This document shows positions 27,856-41,500 of a DNA stretch of 64,000 nt, piece by piece. The notes beneath the pieces were generated by a model. The model had not been told where the DNA came from. It saw nothing but the letters and a program-made list of their open reading frames with translations, and did not search any database. Made by a program: the position numbers and the translations under genes. The first letter of the stretch is position 1. Each line of letters begins with the position of its first letter. Source of the stretch: Octopus vulgaris (lineage: Eukaryota); assembly GCA_951406725.2 (NCBI GenBank), contig OX597822.1:36952001-37016000 (forward strand). Reading direction: 5' to 3'.

Positions 27856-30800
27856 GTTATTGGTTACCTCTGATGGTAGTTGTTGGTCATCTTTGATTCT
27901 TTGCATTTCCCATTTAATTATTACTTCAGATAACTCCACAGCCAACTTCTTGTGTTCAAATGAGTGCTGTAGATTGAAATGACAACAATGAAACAAAAAC
28001 AACAACAAACAAGGTATATGTATGGGGGCAGGAGCTGTACAAGAAAATACAAATAACAGATAATATTGTTAAAATATGAAAGAGTCTTTTTTTTGTAGCT
28101 TTTTTAGCACAACTTTCAAAAAAAAAAAAAACCACACTTAGTCAATAAGTGGTTCTCAGTGAGGATGATCAATCTAAGAGAAATAACAGCTAAATTCCAA
28201 TCGTAACACACTGTCATCATCATATAACTGAAGCCCATATTCCATGGTGGCATGGCTTGGACAGTTCAACAGGGTCTGACTAACCAGTGGGCTGTGTTGG
28301 GATCCAATGTCCACTTTAGATACTATAGTCTTAGATGTACTGTGTTTGAATAAAAAACAGAATAGCCACAGCTGGAAGACATTTGATCATCGGTTTCAGG
28401 GTCAACCAGGGGTAAATAACAAAATGTGTGTGTGTACACATCATCATCATCATATAATACCCATGTTCCATGTTGACAATGAGTTGAACAGTTTGACAGG
28501 ATCTAATGTCTACTTAGACATGGTTTCTACAGCTGGGTACTCTTCCTAACACCAACCACTTTACAGAGTGGGCTGGATGCTTTTTATGTAGCACCAGCAC
28601 TAATCAGGTCACCATGCAACTTGCAAGATTATGAAACCAAGAGGGTAGGGACTTTATGCTAGCAGATGTGGGTCGAGATATGAGACATAAAGAATGGTAA
28701 TGAAGTGTCCAGGTAGCCCCCCTCAAGGTACAAGGCAAGTGAAACTGAGAAGGGACAGAGGAACTAGGAGAGTGGACAGTGTTTAAAGAGCCCTCAGGCA
28801 TAGAACACAATCCAAAAATGAAATATAAGCAAGATGTAGTTTTTCAATTCATCTTCAGAAGAGTAGTAAGTCCAAACAAGACTCCAACTGTAACAACATC
28901 TTTAACACAGAGAAACATAAAATGATTGATGATGAAGAAATAGTACAATGTCAAATTCAGATCTACTAGCATGGAAGGCGGACATTAAATGATGATGATG
29001 ACAATGATAATCCTGTTTATAGGAGAAAAGGCTATTTGAAATTCAATGGACAGGAACACAGACCTCAAAATATTGTGAAGAAATGTGGGGAAAACTTACA
29101 TTTTGTGTGAAGCCAAGTCGCTGTAAGGAACTGACCATATGCTGAATTAAATGGTGACGTACGGGGTAGTAGACTTTGTAATGACGTACCACAAGTTGTC
29201 TGTGGATTAAGAGAACAACAAGAAATAATGAGAACATGAAACATAAATACTGACAGAAAGCTGGGAGTTGATAAAACATAATTATGTCTCTCAGTCAGAA
29301 TAATTTTTTCTTAGGTATAAAATTACAAATTTTGGAAGAGAGTAGGAGACTTAGAACAAGACAGTTGGATAATATCCATGGACTCAATTGGTCATGCTTG
29401 GGATTCCAGCCAGAAAGGGCAATGACAGTTGCTTCTGATTACACCCTAAGGAGCAAGTACCTGAAGACTCCTGTGACCTTCCCAGAAATAGTGGACAGTG
29501 AAAATGGATGGAAGGATGGACAGGACATATTTGATTTGATAGTCTGCAGTATTTGACTTCAAGGACAGTCAATTGACAGCAGCATTAGAGAACATTAGGG
29601 AAAATGCCTTGTGGTATTTGTCCTGGTTCAACATAATACTGAGTTTGAATTCCACTGAGACCAACTTTGCTTTCATCCAGCTAGGGTTGATAAAATAAAA
29701 TACCAGTCAAGTGCTGAAGAGATCTGGCCTCTCACACCTAACCTACACTGTCATTCTAAAAATATACAATCACCTCATTGAAATCTCAAAGCTATGAGAT
29801 AATGCATGATTAATTGAAAACAATGTGAATAAATAAGCATTACAATTTACATAGTAATCTGAATACTAAAGGGTTAAACATTTATAAAATTTCATATGAC
29901 AAAAACCTTAAAAACTAATTTATAAGATGGATGTAGGATGATAGCTTAAGATATTCTGCCCGTATTTTAATGTGTATAAGGAACTGTTTTTTGTCAAAAA
30001 TTAGGTTTAAAAAATATGGGAGTTTCTTATACATGGATAGTATTATAATCCCTTACAACATCTTTTTTCCAAATTTTAAGCCCCCAAAATTACGGGGTTC
30101 ATTATACACGTTAAAATATGGTACATCAAACTATAACAGTTTCCTCATCATAGTACCACCCACAGTCAATGATAAAACAGTTTAATCCCTAATTTTGATT
30201 GCACCGATAACCACAAAGCACTGTCATATCCAGTTAGTCTGACAGGAGTATGTGGCATGCGCTCCATGCCAAATTTGAGACATCTGGAGTCAGTCAATGA
30301 CGAAGGATCTTCAGAAACATTCAGACCTTCCGTGACAGTTGATTGCCCTGACTTCTACATTGCTGCACCACTAATAAACATGAACCAGTGGCAGCAGCAT
30401 CTGTAATAACAGATCTTTGCAACATAAAGAAGGTGAGCAATAAAATAATATACTTACAGCAAATGGACAAGTTGAGGAACTGCATGGCCTTCTTCGACAA
30501 TGATTTTCTTGGTCCAGTGTGCTAACATTCCCTGGTAGTTGGGAAACAAAGATGGTGGAAAAGAAAGAAAGAAAAATCAATCAGAGTGGAGAAATCAAAA
30601 GCAGACAGAAGAGGTGAAGCAGGGAGAGGTGGGGTGTCAGTCCAGGTGATCATTATAGACCTTCCCAGATTGGTTAGATTGATACAGATGATAACCAATA
30701 TTAACATTGGTAAATGAATATTTAGTGGGAAAACATGATCAGTCAATGGAATGAGGGAATGCCTGTAACAGAATGAACATCACTAAAGACATCTAAAGAA

Positions 30801-33800
30801 GATGATAGCATGAAACTGGATACTATGTTAGGCCTATCACACAAAGATGCAGAACGTAAACATTCACACATACACACATGTATGCCTATATGAAGGCGGC
30901 AAGCTGGTAGAATCGTTAGTACACTGGGCGAAATGCTCAGTGGTATTTCATCTGCCGCTACGTTCTGAGTTCAAGTTCAATTGACTTAATCTCTTTGTCT
31001 ATCCTTGTTTGTCCCCCCTATGTTTAGCCCCCTGTGGGCAATAAAGAAATAAATATATGAAGGGCCTCCATACAGTTAACAGCTACCACTTCCACTCACA
31101 AGAAATTGGTAGGAATGAAGTTACTATAAAAAGCATCTGCCCAGGATGCCATGCAGTGAAGTAGAGCTTGAAATCATGTGGTAACAAAACCTACTATATC
31201 CACATCACTATGGTAGCACCTATGATATACAAACACACACACAAAAATACACAAAGCTAGTTTTCCATATATGAAACATCGAAGTAATTGATATATCTAA
31301 AACAAGTGGCTTATTTCTTTAAATACTTTTTGTTGAAAAAAAAAATATAGACACACAAAGTCCACATAGAATTGCTTTATAGCATGGTACTGTAGCACAA
31401 GATTGTGAGTGAAAGAATAAAGAAACTTCTAGTTTATAGAATAAATGTTCTGTTTGAACTTTTCAAGGTTAATAACTAGAGGAAAAGCAGGCTGGAAAAG
31501 CCAGAGAAATGGAAATTAGAAGAGAGAGAATTATCAAAAAGAAGGGTAAAAAGTGAATTATATTAGAAGGGAAAAAAATATCCAGCAGGGGGTAACGAGT
31601 GCTTTACGTTCAAGTCTTACTGTATGGCAGCAAGACTCGGACGAAAATGAGAAATGTGTCATACCACATTTCTTGGACTCATAGATCAATAGAATCTACT
31701 GAAAAATCCTTTGAGTCAGGACAAAATACAAAAGAAAAGTTACTGAGAGTAAGAAGGAGACACTGAAAAAAGGACAGAAGTGGAAAAAAAAAAAAAGATG
31801 CTCAACTTACATTGCCATCCTCCATTCTTCCTGGGAAAGCTGGTGTTAAAATCTCAAGAGCTTGCCGAACTACAGCTCGAGCTTCCACTGCATGTGCTTT
31901 CAGGAGACTGTGAAACACCTGAAATATCAAGAAACAATTGAAATAGATTATCTGTTTGTCTGTTTACCCACCCAGGTTTCATCAACACACACCCCCCTTT
32001 CACTTCTAACTTACAAGCACTTTGTTAACATTAGTGTTGAAGAGGTGAGTTGTTTGAAAGAAAAGAAAATTAAAAACTTACTTGCAAGACAATTCTTTTA
32101 TGAATGGCAAATTTGGCTATGATATGGGCTAACAGCAAGTGTCCATGGTATTTGTTGGCTGGGTCAACACAGTTGCGGGGCAACAATGAAGGCCATGCAA
32201 ATGTCATAAGGCGCCGTAACTTATTGCCCTGTTTCCTGTAAAGAATAGTCAAAGTTAAATTGATAGTTAGTCAAGTCATTCTCTATTTCTCATTCGTAAT
32301 CTCTTTCACTCATCTCTCACTTGCTTGTTTGCTCCCTCAAACAATCAACCTTAGACTGGAGCCTTTCTGATACACAACACAGAGTGAAAGAAAATTTAAG
32401 AAGAAAATTAAGAGAGAGGGAGAGAGAAAGAGAAAAAGAGTTGAAGAGATAGCAATAAATAACAATAAAGGAAAGGGAGTCCAGAGTAGAAATAGAGAGA
32501 AATAGAATACTAGATGATTTTTTTATATGGCACCAGTACTGGGGTTGATGTAATCAACTAGCCTTATCCCCCAAAACTCCAGGCTTTGTACCTATAGTAG
32601 AAAGAAATGTTACTATCAACTATTATTACAAGCCAATCAGAGAGCCTCTACTCGATCACTCAATCTTCTGGAACAAGCATTTAAATTGCTTTTAAATGAC
32701 ATGCTACTATTTTAAAAAATAAAGGAGATATAGGACAGCATAGTTCCAGATAAACGAAATGATATATATTATCAACATCATTTAACATCCGTTATTCATG
32801 CTGGCATGGTTTGGATGGTTTAACTAGAGCTGGCAAGCTGGAGAGCTGTATTAGGCTCCAGTCTAATTTGGCAGGGTTTCTATGACTGGATGCCCTTCCT
32901 AATGCCAACAACTTTACAGACTGTACTGGGTGTTCTTTATGTTGCATCAGCACTTTTTAAGAGGCACCATAGTTTTAGGTGATATGAGTTTGGGTGATAT
33001 TATGTGACACCGACAAGAGTGCTTTTTACATGGCACTGGAACACAACTCTTGCAGGTTGATTCTCTTCACCAAGGGGATCAGCCTTACTTCTACTGTGGA
33101 GCGCAGATCTTCTCATATACACAGACACACACAAACACACATATACATACAAGGGAGTGACAGAGAGAGATGGGGAGGGGTATAAAGAGTGTGTACTTAC
33201 TTATTAGCAGCATCATGGATGTGTGGAGAAGCTTGTTCAACAAGTAGTGAGGAAAACTGGAGCAGAAGGATTCTGACAGCATCGGAGGTGCCAAATGGAT
33301 TCTCCGGATCAATGACACGGTTAATGAAAACACTGATAACATTATCAGAGTTATCTTGATCCGGGCTGGGAGGTCCCCCTATCAGGGCCTCATCTTCACC
33401 GTGTTCGAAGGCGTGTTGGAAACAGGGAATGATAATGTACTGCAGGATCTGGAAATAGATAAGATGCACATATTATTATACAGAGTGTAAGGAATTAATA
33501 TATGTAGGGAGACTATCAGTGGCTGAGCAATGACACACAGACATGTGAACATTTGTACTTCAATACTGACACATATGTAGGCATGTGTACATATATTTAA
33601 ACACCCACCCACACACAGTAAATAGGTAAACTCAGTTTTGCCAATGATATTCAGTAATTTAATTAACTTAATGAAACTGGATGGACAGACACCATGGGAG
33701 TCTGTTAGATGCTTGTTACCTGATGTATTGTGCTGATTTACCCTCAGAATAACATTAAGGGCACATGTCTGTGGAATACTCAGCCACAGCATCATCACCA

Positions 33801-35545
33801 TTTGAATGTCCACTTTTGCATGTTTTTATGGGTTAGACAGAATTTGCTGAAGCAGATTTTCAATAGCTGAATGCCCTTCATGGCACGGCTGTGTGTTTAA
33901 TAAGTTTTCTTCTCAATCACATGGATCACAGGTTCAGCCTCACTGTGTAGCACCTGGGGCACATGTCTTCTACTCTAGCTCCAGGCTGACCAAAGCATTA
34001 TGAATGGATTTGATAGACAGAAACTGAAACAAGCCAATTGCATGTGTGTGTGTGTGTGTGTGTGTGTGTTTCCTTGCCTGGATACTGCATCATCATCATC
34101 AATATTTGCTGGGGAACTTGAGGTTTTGTAGTAAACGAGAGTAGCCTGAGATACCACAGTGAGATCAAACTCAACGATCATGATTGTGCAGCAAATATCC
34201 TAACCATTTGCCCTTGTATACATATCTAGAAGTATGCTTACAGTGACACGTGCACATCCATAGACACGACACATGCACACAGAATTATGCTCACACATAC
34301 ACATGTATATTGATACCAACAAGCACCAAGACACAGACATACTTAGACATACACACAATAACACACAAATGCACATATTCCTAGACATACACCCATATGC
34401 ACTCACACATATACACCTAGATATACACCAACATATTCACACATAAATACTCAGTTATACATACATATCTGGACACATGCCCACATACACTCCAGACACA
34501 CATTCCTAGACACATACAGATATACATGCCTACGTACTTACCCACACCCATCATTTCTGACTCACCATCTTGTTAAATGTTCAACTCTTCAACATTCAGA
34601 TTACCCTGTCAAATCTAACGCTAATTTATTCACATTGTTTTTAATTAATCATGCATTGTCTAATAGCTTCAAGATTTCAATGATGTGATTGTTTATCCTT
34701 AGAATGACATTGAAAGGTATGTGTGAGAGGCCAGATCTGGCCTGTCTGAACAGAAAACAGGTAGAAAATTTAGGCAAGATAAAGCCAGTTTAAATGCTAA
34801 TGAGTTAAGTGATGAGGACAAGACATACATAAGACAGTTTGGTACATTTAAGTAGCTGGTGGTGTGGTCATGGAGGTGATGGTGTAATGGAATGGTTAAA
34901 GACAGCAAAGATAGGAAAATATGGTGCGTGTGTGTGTGTGTAGCAGTGGCAGTGAGGTTCTTAGAGATGGATAAACTGACACACACATTGTCCCACATTT
35001 GGATAAACATATGTACTTAAAAAGAAAAAACAGGATGAGAACAAACCTTGGCTTTCAATTCTTGGGGGCAGTTCTTCAAATGGAAGACATCGACAAACTT
35101 AAAAAAAGCATCTCGCTTCCATTCTACAGGATATGTCTGTGAATATTATAAGACAGAAACAATTTTTTTAAATAAAACAAATAAACAAATTTCTTTTTAA
35201 ATAAAAAGCCAAGAATTTGAATTATAAAGTGATTAAAGCATGGCTATGTGCTTTCAGATTCAATCCCACTCCATGGCACCTTTAGGCAACTACATTTTAC
35301 TCTAATCCTGAGTCAACCATTGCTTTGTGAGTGAATCTAGCAGACAGAAACTGTGTGGAAGCCTAGAGTACATTGGTAACATCATAAAAATCTAGAAACT
35401 TCAAGGATATCAAATAACTTTTGGAATGGTGAATCTTGAAAGCTGTTCTTGGGACAGGCAGCCTTCAGCTTGTTCTGTCCAAAAGGGTTTTTTAACCCAA
35501 TATTTCCAGGCTAGTATAGCTTTATCTGCTTCTTGATTAACTTTT

Positions 35546-35588
<43 letters not shown>

Positions 35589-38500
35589 TACATACATACA
35601 CATATGCGCATGCGCATACAACCTCCGATCATGTATGATCATGGGATAGCACGTAGAAAGTTCCCCTCCAAGGCACAAGTCCGGGCAAGGTTGTATATAG
35701 AAGACCAGCAGTCACCCATGCTTACCAACCTCCCCTCTCCATGCCACCGATGTTATCCAAGGGAAAGGCAAAGGCCGATACAGCTTGGCACCAGTGACGT
35801 CACAACTCATTTCTACAGCTGAGTGAACTGGAATAATGTGGAAATAAAGTGTCTTACTCAAGATCACAACACATGCCTGGTCCAAGAATGGAACTCACTA
35901 CCTCATGATTGTGAGCCTGACACTCTATCCAACATATACATATGTATGTGTATCTCTTTGTGTCTGTATTTCTTCCCCTACCCCAACTGCTTGACAACCA
36001 GTGTGTTAGGCAAAAGAGATCAGGCTTAAAAATAGCTTAAAATCACCTGTTTGATTGAAACCTTTCAAGATGGTGTCACAGCTTGTTTAATGACTGAAAT
36101 AAAGAACTCTCTACCATGTTGTATCACACAACTAATTCATAGATCCTTCTTGGTGTGCTTTCACATTGGATCTGTTTTGAAGAGACACAAGGCCCTACCC
36201 TTATCTAATGATGTGAGGAGAAGTTTCATTAAAAAATTTACTAACCGCAGCAACAACATCATCTAGAAAGTCCTTTACAAACTGAAACTGTGGAATGTAC
36301 CGGTTGATGAAGCATCTTAATATCTGGAAGAGGAGGTCAATTTCCTTGGTGTGATGTCTGAAATATAAGCATTGACAGAATGAAACGATTGGACACAGGT
36401 GTTTGGATGCTGACAATTTGGTATGGCTGACTGGACATTCAGTATATGGCACTGGAGACTATCACACACACACAAGTATGTAGAAATATATAGAGACAAT
36501 GAGAGAGAAAGATATTACAATTTATTAACTGAACACAATTGATATAAATACTTTCTTTCTCTTCATGTACATAGAAATATGCTCACATGATGACAATGAT
36601 GATGACAAACAGGGAGAGAGAGACAACAATTTATTAACTGAATATGATTGACATAAACACATTCTCTCTACACATATAGAGAAATATGCTCACAAATATG
36701 AGAGGAAGAGAAAGAGGAGGGAGAGGCGAAGAGAGGAGAAAGAAGGGAGAGAATGAAGGGAGAGAAGGGGAGAAAGAAGGGAGGAGAGAGAATGAAGGAG
36801 AGAAACATTACAATTTACTAACTGAACACAAATGACATGAACACTTTCCCAATCTCCTCACACACATAAAGAGAATAATGTTCACATACATAAGCAGAAA
36901 GTGGGAAGGAGGAAGGGATAGAATGAGAAAAATCATTAAAACATCTGATGTCAATAAGTCAGTGCCAAAATGGCTGTGCCAAAACATCCCATATCCAACA
37001 TGAACAAGTACAATAAATAACAACTCAACATTATCCTCATTTAGCGTCTGCTTTCCATGCTGGCATGGGTTGGACAGTTTGACTGAAACTGACAAGCTGG
37101 AGGAGTACACCCAGTCTGATTTGACATGGTTTGTACGGCTGGATGCCCTTCCTAATGTCAACCAATCGGAGAGTGTAGTGGGTGCTTTTTACATGCCAAT
37201 GACACTAATATTTTAAAAGAAGCGTCATTATATAATCGACTCAAAAATGAATGGCTGTGTGGTTAAGCTGCCTGTTTCACAACTAAGTGATTTCAGGTTC
37301 AATTACACTTAACATAATGCTGGGCAAGTGTTTACTAACTTAGCGTTGAATAGCCAAGGACTTAGGAGTGAAATTCACTCCCAGCAAAACTGTATGGAAA
37401 CCTGTTCAAGAAACTGTTCCTGTTCTTGAGTGATAGAATTAATCTGTCCACTGGTTTATCACCACTATCTGGTCCTTGGAGCACTTTAGCAGAGTTTGAA
37501 CTGCTGTAAGTATTTAGGAGCAGGCTTATTTCCACCCATCAGTCACTAAAATTATCAATGATTCATGGATGTAATATGTCAGAGCCAGGGACACAACATG
37601 TGACAGACACATGAATGGTGATTCTGACAGACAATATGTGACTGACACATGGATGTTGATTCTGACAGCATAAAAATTCACAAGGGGACATTGTACTGCA
37701 GACTAATCCAACCTATACCAACACTGGAGAAAAAAAATTTTATACATGACTGAAGCAGATTACTTACTTGAAATATGTTAGAAGACATCGAACTAAGAGA
37801 GCTGGTTCTTGCCAGTGAATGTAGTCCAAATTGTCCTGCAAGCAAACACAACTATTATACAGACTGAAACCAACAACATTTAAAAATCACTTTTTAAAAA
37901 CCAGTTATAAAGTATCTATTACACAAAACTGCTAATGTTATAATATATCTATTAAATAAAATGATTACATAAAATAATTTATAAAACAAAATTCTTATGT
38001 AAATTACTTATGAAATAAAATGTTTATTTTATAAAAAAGTGATAAATTTTGGTATGTATGCTGATGAATATTCTTAACTCGGGGAGTTTCAATGAAAAAT
38101 TCCTCATGTAGCGTTATATATAGGAGTAAATAAATCTACAAGAGCCTGTTTCCAAATTTATCATTTAACGTCCAGTTTCCAAGTTGGCATGAGTTTGATG
38201 GTTCAATAGGATCTGACAAGCCAGTGGACAGTATCAAGATCCATAACTGTTTTGGCACAGTTTCTATGGCTGGATGCCCTTAACGCCAACCATTTTAAAG
38301 AGTTTGACTCAGCACTGCAACAGCCATCAGTATTGCCATGAACCAGCAGAAGATCCTCTACATGGTCGCTCAATCTGCATGAAACAATAGCTAAATCACT
38401 CTCATATCACTGTGGTCCTAGGTACCCTTAAAAAGATGAGGTGGTCAAGACTGGAATGTCTTTGATCATAAGACCTACTCAATCAGTTACAAGAGGCTAA

Positions 38501-41500
38501 GCAACAACAAAGTACTATCTCAATTTGGAGGAAGAAGCTGTTTCAATCTTGTGGAGCTTCTTTAAAGTAAACTGGAAAGTGGACCATTGTTATCATTTAA
38601 CATCCTTTTTTCCATGCTGACATGAGTTGGACACCCTTTTCTTTATAATACAGTAGGACAGGATTTGAGAGAGATTTGGCTGTTATTTCTAACTAGTCAA
38701 ACAACCATTTCAACAACAACTTCTGAAAAGATGACACAGTACTTTAGAACCTATGAGTATTTCAATGGCTTGCTATACAAGTTGCATTCCTACTATAGAA
38801 AGAGCTATCTGCTATCCAGGGGATGAGTTACCTCACAACCATTTAACACTAAAACTGAAAAAAATTCAGTATTGTGGATTTTTATGATTTGGAAAAAATT
38901 TATAGTTATTTTATTTGTTTTTCATTTTACTGATTATTGAAGTTTTGTACATTTTGATAATTGTCAAGTTTGTGGAATACAGGCTATAGGCTGCAGGTGA
39001 GTTAGTGGTGGTGGTGTCTTTCTCAATCAACAGAGAATAACAAAAATTAGAACAATCAGAAAACCTGATATGGGAATGTTATCCATGTATTTAAGGAATA
39101 CTCAGTGGAATACTAAACAGCAATCTCAGAAATAAAAGAGAAATGGAAGTTTTGAAATACTTACAATTTTTTTATGTTTTTCCTGAAAACTATCTGATGT
39201 CCAAATCATTCTTAACTTGGCCACCTTTTAAGGAAAGAATAATAGGAGTGGATTAAACATTTTGGATACACATGTAAACTTAACAGAAAATATCAGTGTA
39301 GTTATGAGATTGTAGGGTCCAGATAACTAAAAGGTGGTACTCTTTGTTGTCTGATTTAACATCACCATGAGCTGGCCCCTAGATACCTCTAGTGAAGTTC
39401 AGTCTGTTGCAAACATTCAGTCTAAATCTTTGATCTGAGGATGTGATGTTTTTCTTAATTTTGTAATTCTAAGTCCCTTTCTCACACCAGTTTCAGACAA
39501 AGAAAAAAAAACCCCTCATACACACAAAATTCAGATAAACATAAAGAGAACAGAAACACATACACACAAAAATCAAGTTAGATACTTTGGGTCAATGAAT
39601 GCAAATGCTTCACAGTAGCAACCACAATGGGAGTAAAGTTAACATGCTGAACTACTGACACTACTCCTCCTGATATTACCACCACTTCTATTAACACAAT
39701 TACCACTGTACTATTATGCCATGATGAGGTAACCCAGTCTTACCCTACAAGGATCATAGTTGTCTAACAGCTGACATTTTTGGACTAGACACATGATCAG
39801 GAAAGAGCAGACTCCAGAATTATTCAACTGTTTAACCCTTCAGCATTCAAACTGACCATATCCAACCAAAGTGAAAGTATATTGGTTTAGTGGTTAGGGT
39901 ACTTGGCTCACAATTGTAAGGTCGTGAGTTCAATTCCTGACGAAGCATTGTGTCCCTGAGCAAGTCACTTCATTTCACATTGCTCCAGTCCACTCAGCTG
40001 GCAGAGATGAGTAGTACCTATATTTCAAAGGGCCAGGCTTGTCTGTGGCATGCTGAATCACCTTGAAGACTACGTTAAGGGTACACGTGTCTGTGGAGTG
40101 CTCAGCTACTTAATTTTACAAGCAGACTGTTCCATTGATCGGATCAACTGGAACCCTCATCATCATAACCAACGGAGTACCAGGGAGAGAGATTCTACCT
40201 GCTTTATGTTCAAAGTGGCCATATCTGGCCTCTCACAACTACCCGACAATGTCATTCTAAAACTAAACCACCCAATCATAAAAATCTTGAAGATAAGGGG
40301 TAATGCACATGTGATTCAAAGCAATGTGAATAAAGTGGTGGCACATGGCCTAGTAGTTAGAGTCGAGGGATTGCGGGTTCAAATCTCAGACCAGACAATG
40401 AGTGAAAAACCTAAGCTCCATGCGGCTCCAGCAGAAGGTAACGGTGAACTTCTGCTGACTCTTTCACCACAACTTTCTCTCACTCTTTCTTCCTGCATCT
40501 GCCGCTCACCTGCAATGGACTGGCGTCCCATCCAGTGGGGAAGCCATATGCCAATGAAATCAGGAAACCGGCCCTTAAGAACCAGGTGTGGCTCAAGAAA
40601 GAACAAACAACAACAGTGTGAATAAATAAGAATTACATTTAACAGAATAATCCAAATACTAAAGGGTTAATGTCTGTTTTTCCATGCTAGCATGGCTTGG
40701 ATGGGAATTGATTTTGAAACAAAACTTTAAGGTAAATACACTTTTTGTTGTTAACCCTAGCTTGTTCTTTGGGTACTTGGGTTTTTGAAAGCACAGAGCA
40801 GCCTGTCATAATGACAACATCAACACTGCTTTTCTCATAATGACAACAAGAAAAGTATTGACTTTCATGTATATTTACACACACATACACAATGAGCTTA
40901 ATATAGTGTCTACCTGCCAATTCACTCACATGGGATTGGATGAACCAGTACCAAATCAGAAAATACTTTCCCAAGGTACACCATGCAGTGGAACTGAAAA
41001 CCACATGGTTGTGAAGTGAAATCCTCAACCAGACTGCCAAACTTGCAGCTCCAAAATGAGCTCTGGAGGCAATAAAGGGCTAAGTCAACCCTTACAAAAT
41101 TTCAACTTAACAAGATTGCAAGACACTAATTAACAAATTTATATGGCATCCAAATCTAGTTTTTATCTCCACACCATATTCACCATTCCATAGCCGCATC
41201 ATACCACATTTATACAGTTACTCAGTGAAAGATTGTAGAGATGTTAAAGTGTAGAGTCCATAGACAGTTTTGATTGGAAATGTCAACTGATTGATGAATA
41301 CTTAATGGTGTTTATAAGATGATTAAAGCATTTTGAAAATGAAAGACAATAATTACTGGTGAAATAAGAGACAGTAAAGGCTTTTGAGGTGAAAGAGTGG
41401 AAGAGAAGGGAGAAAGAAAGGACAGTGAGGAAGAAAGGAGGAGGGGGAGGAAGAGGGCAACAGTTATTGTTAAAATATAATGAAGATTATGAGATGAAAT

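Noticed and set aside
40050-40625. 191-aa + strand ORF
   Set aside because: Runs across three unrelated nested repeats; a chance open frame.
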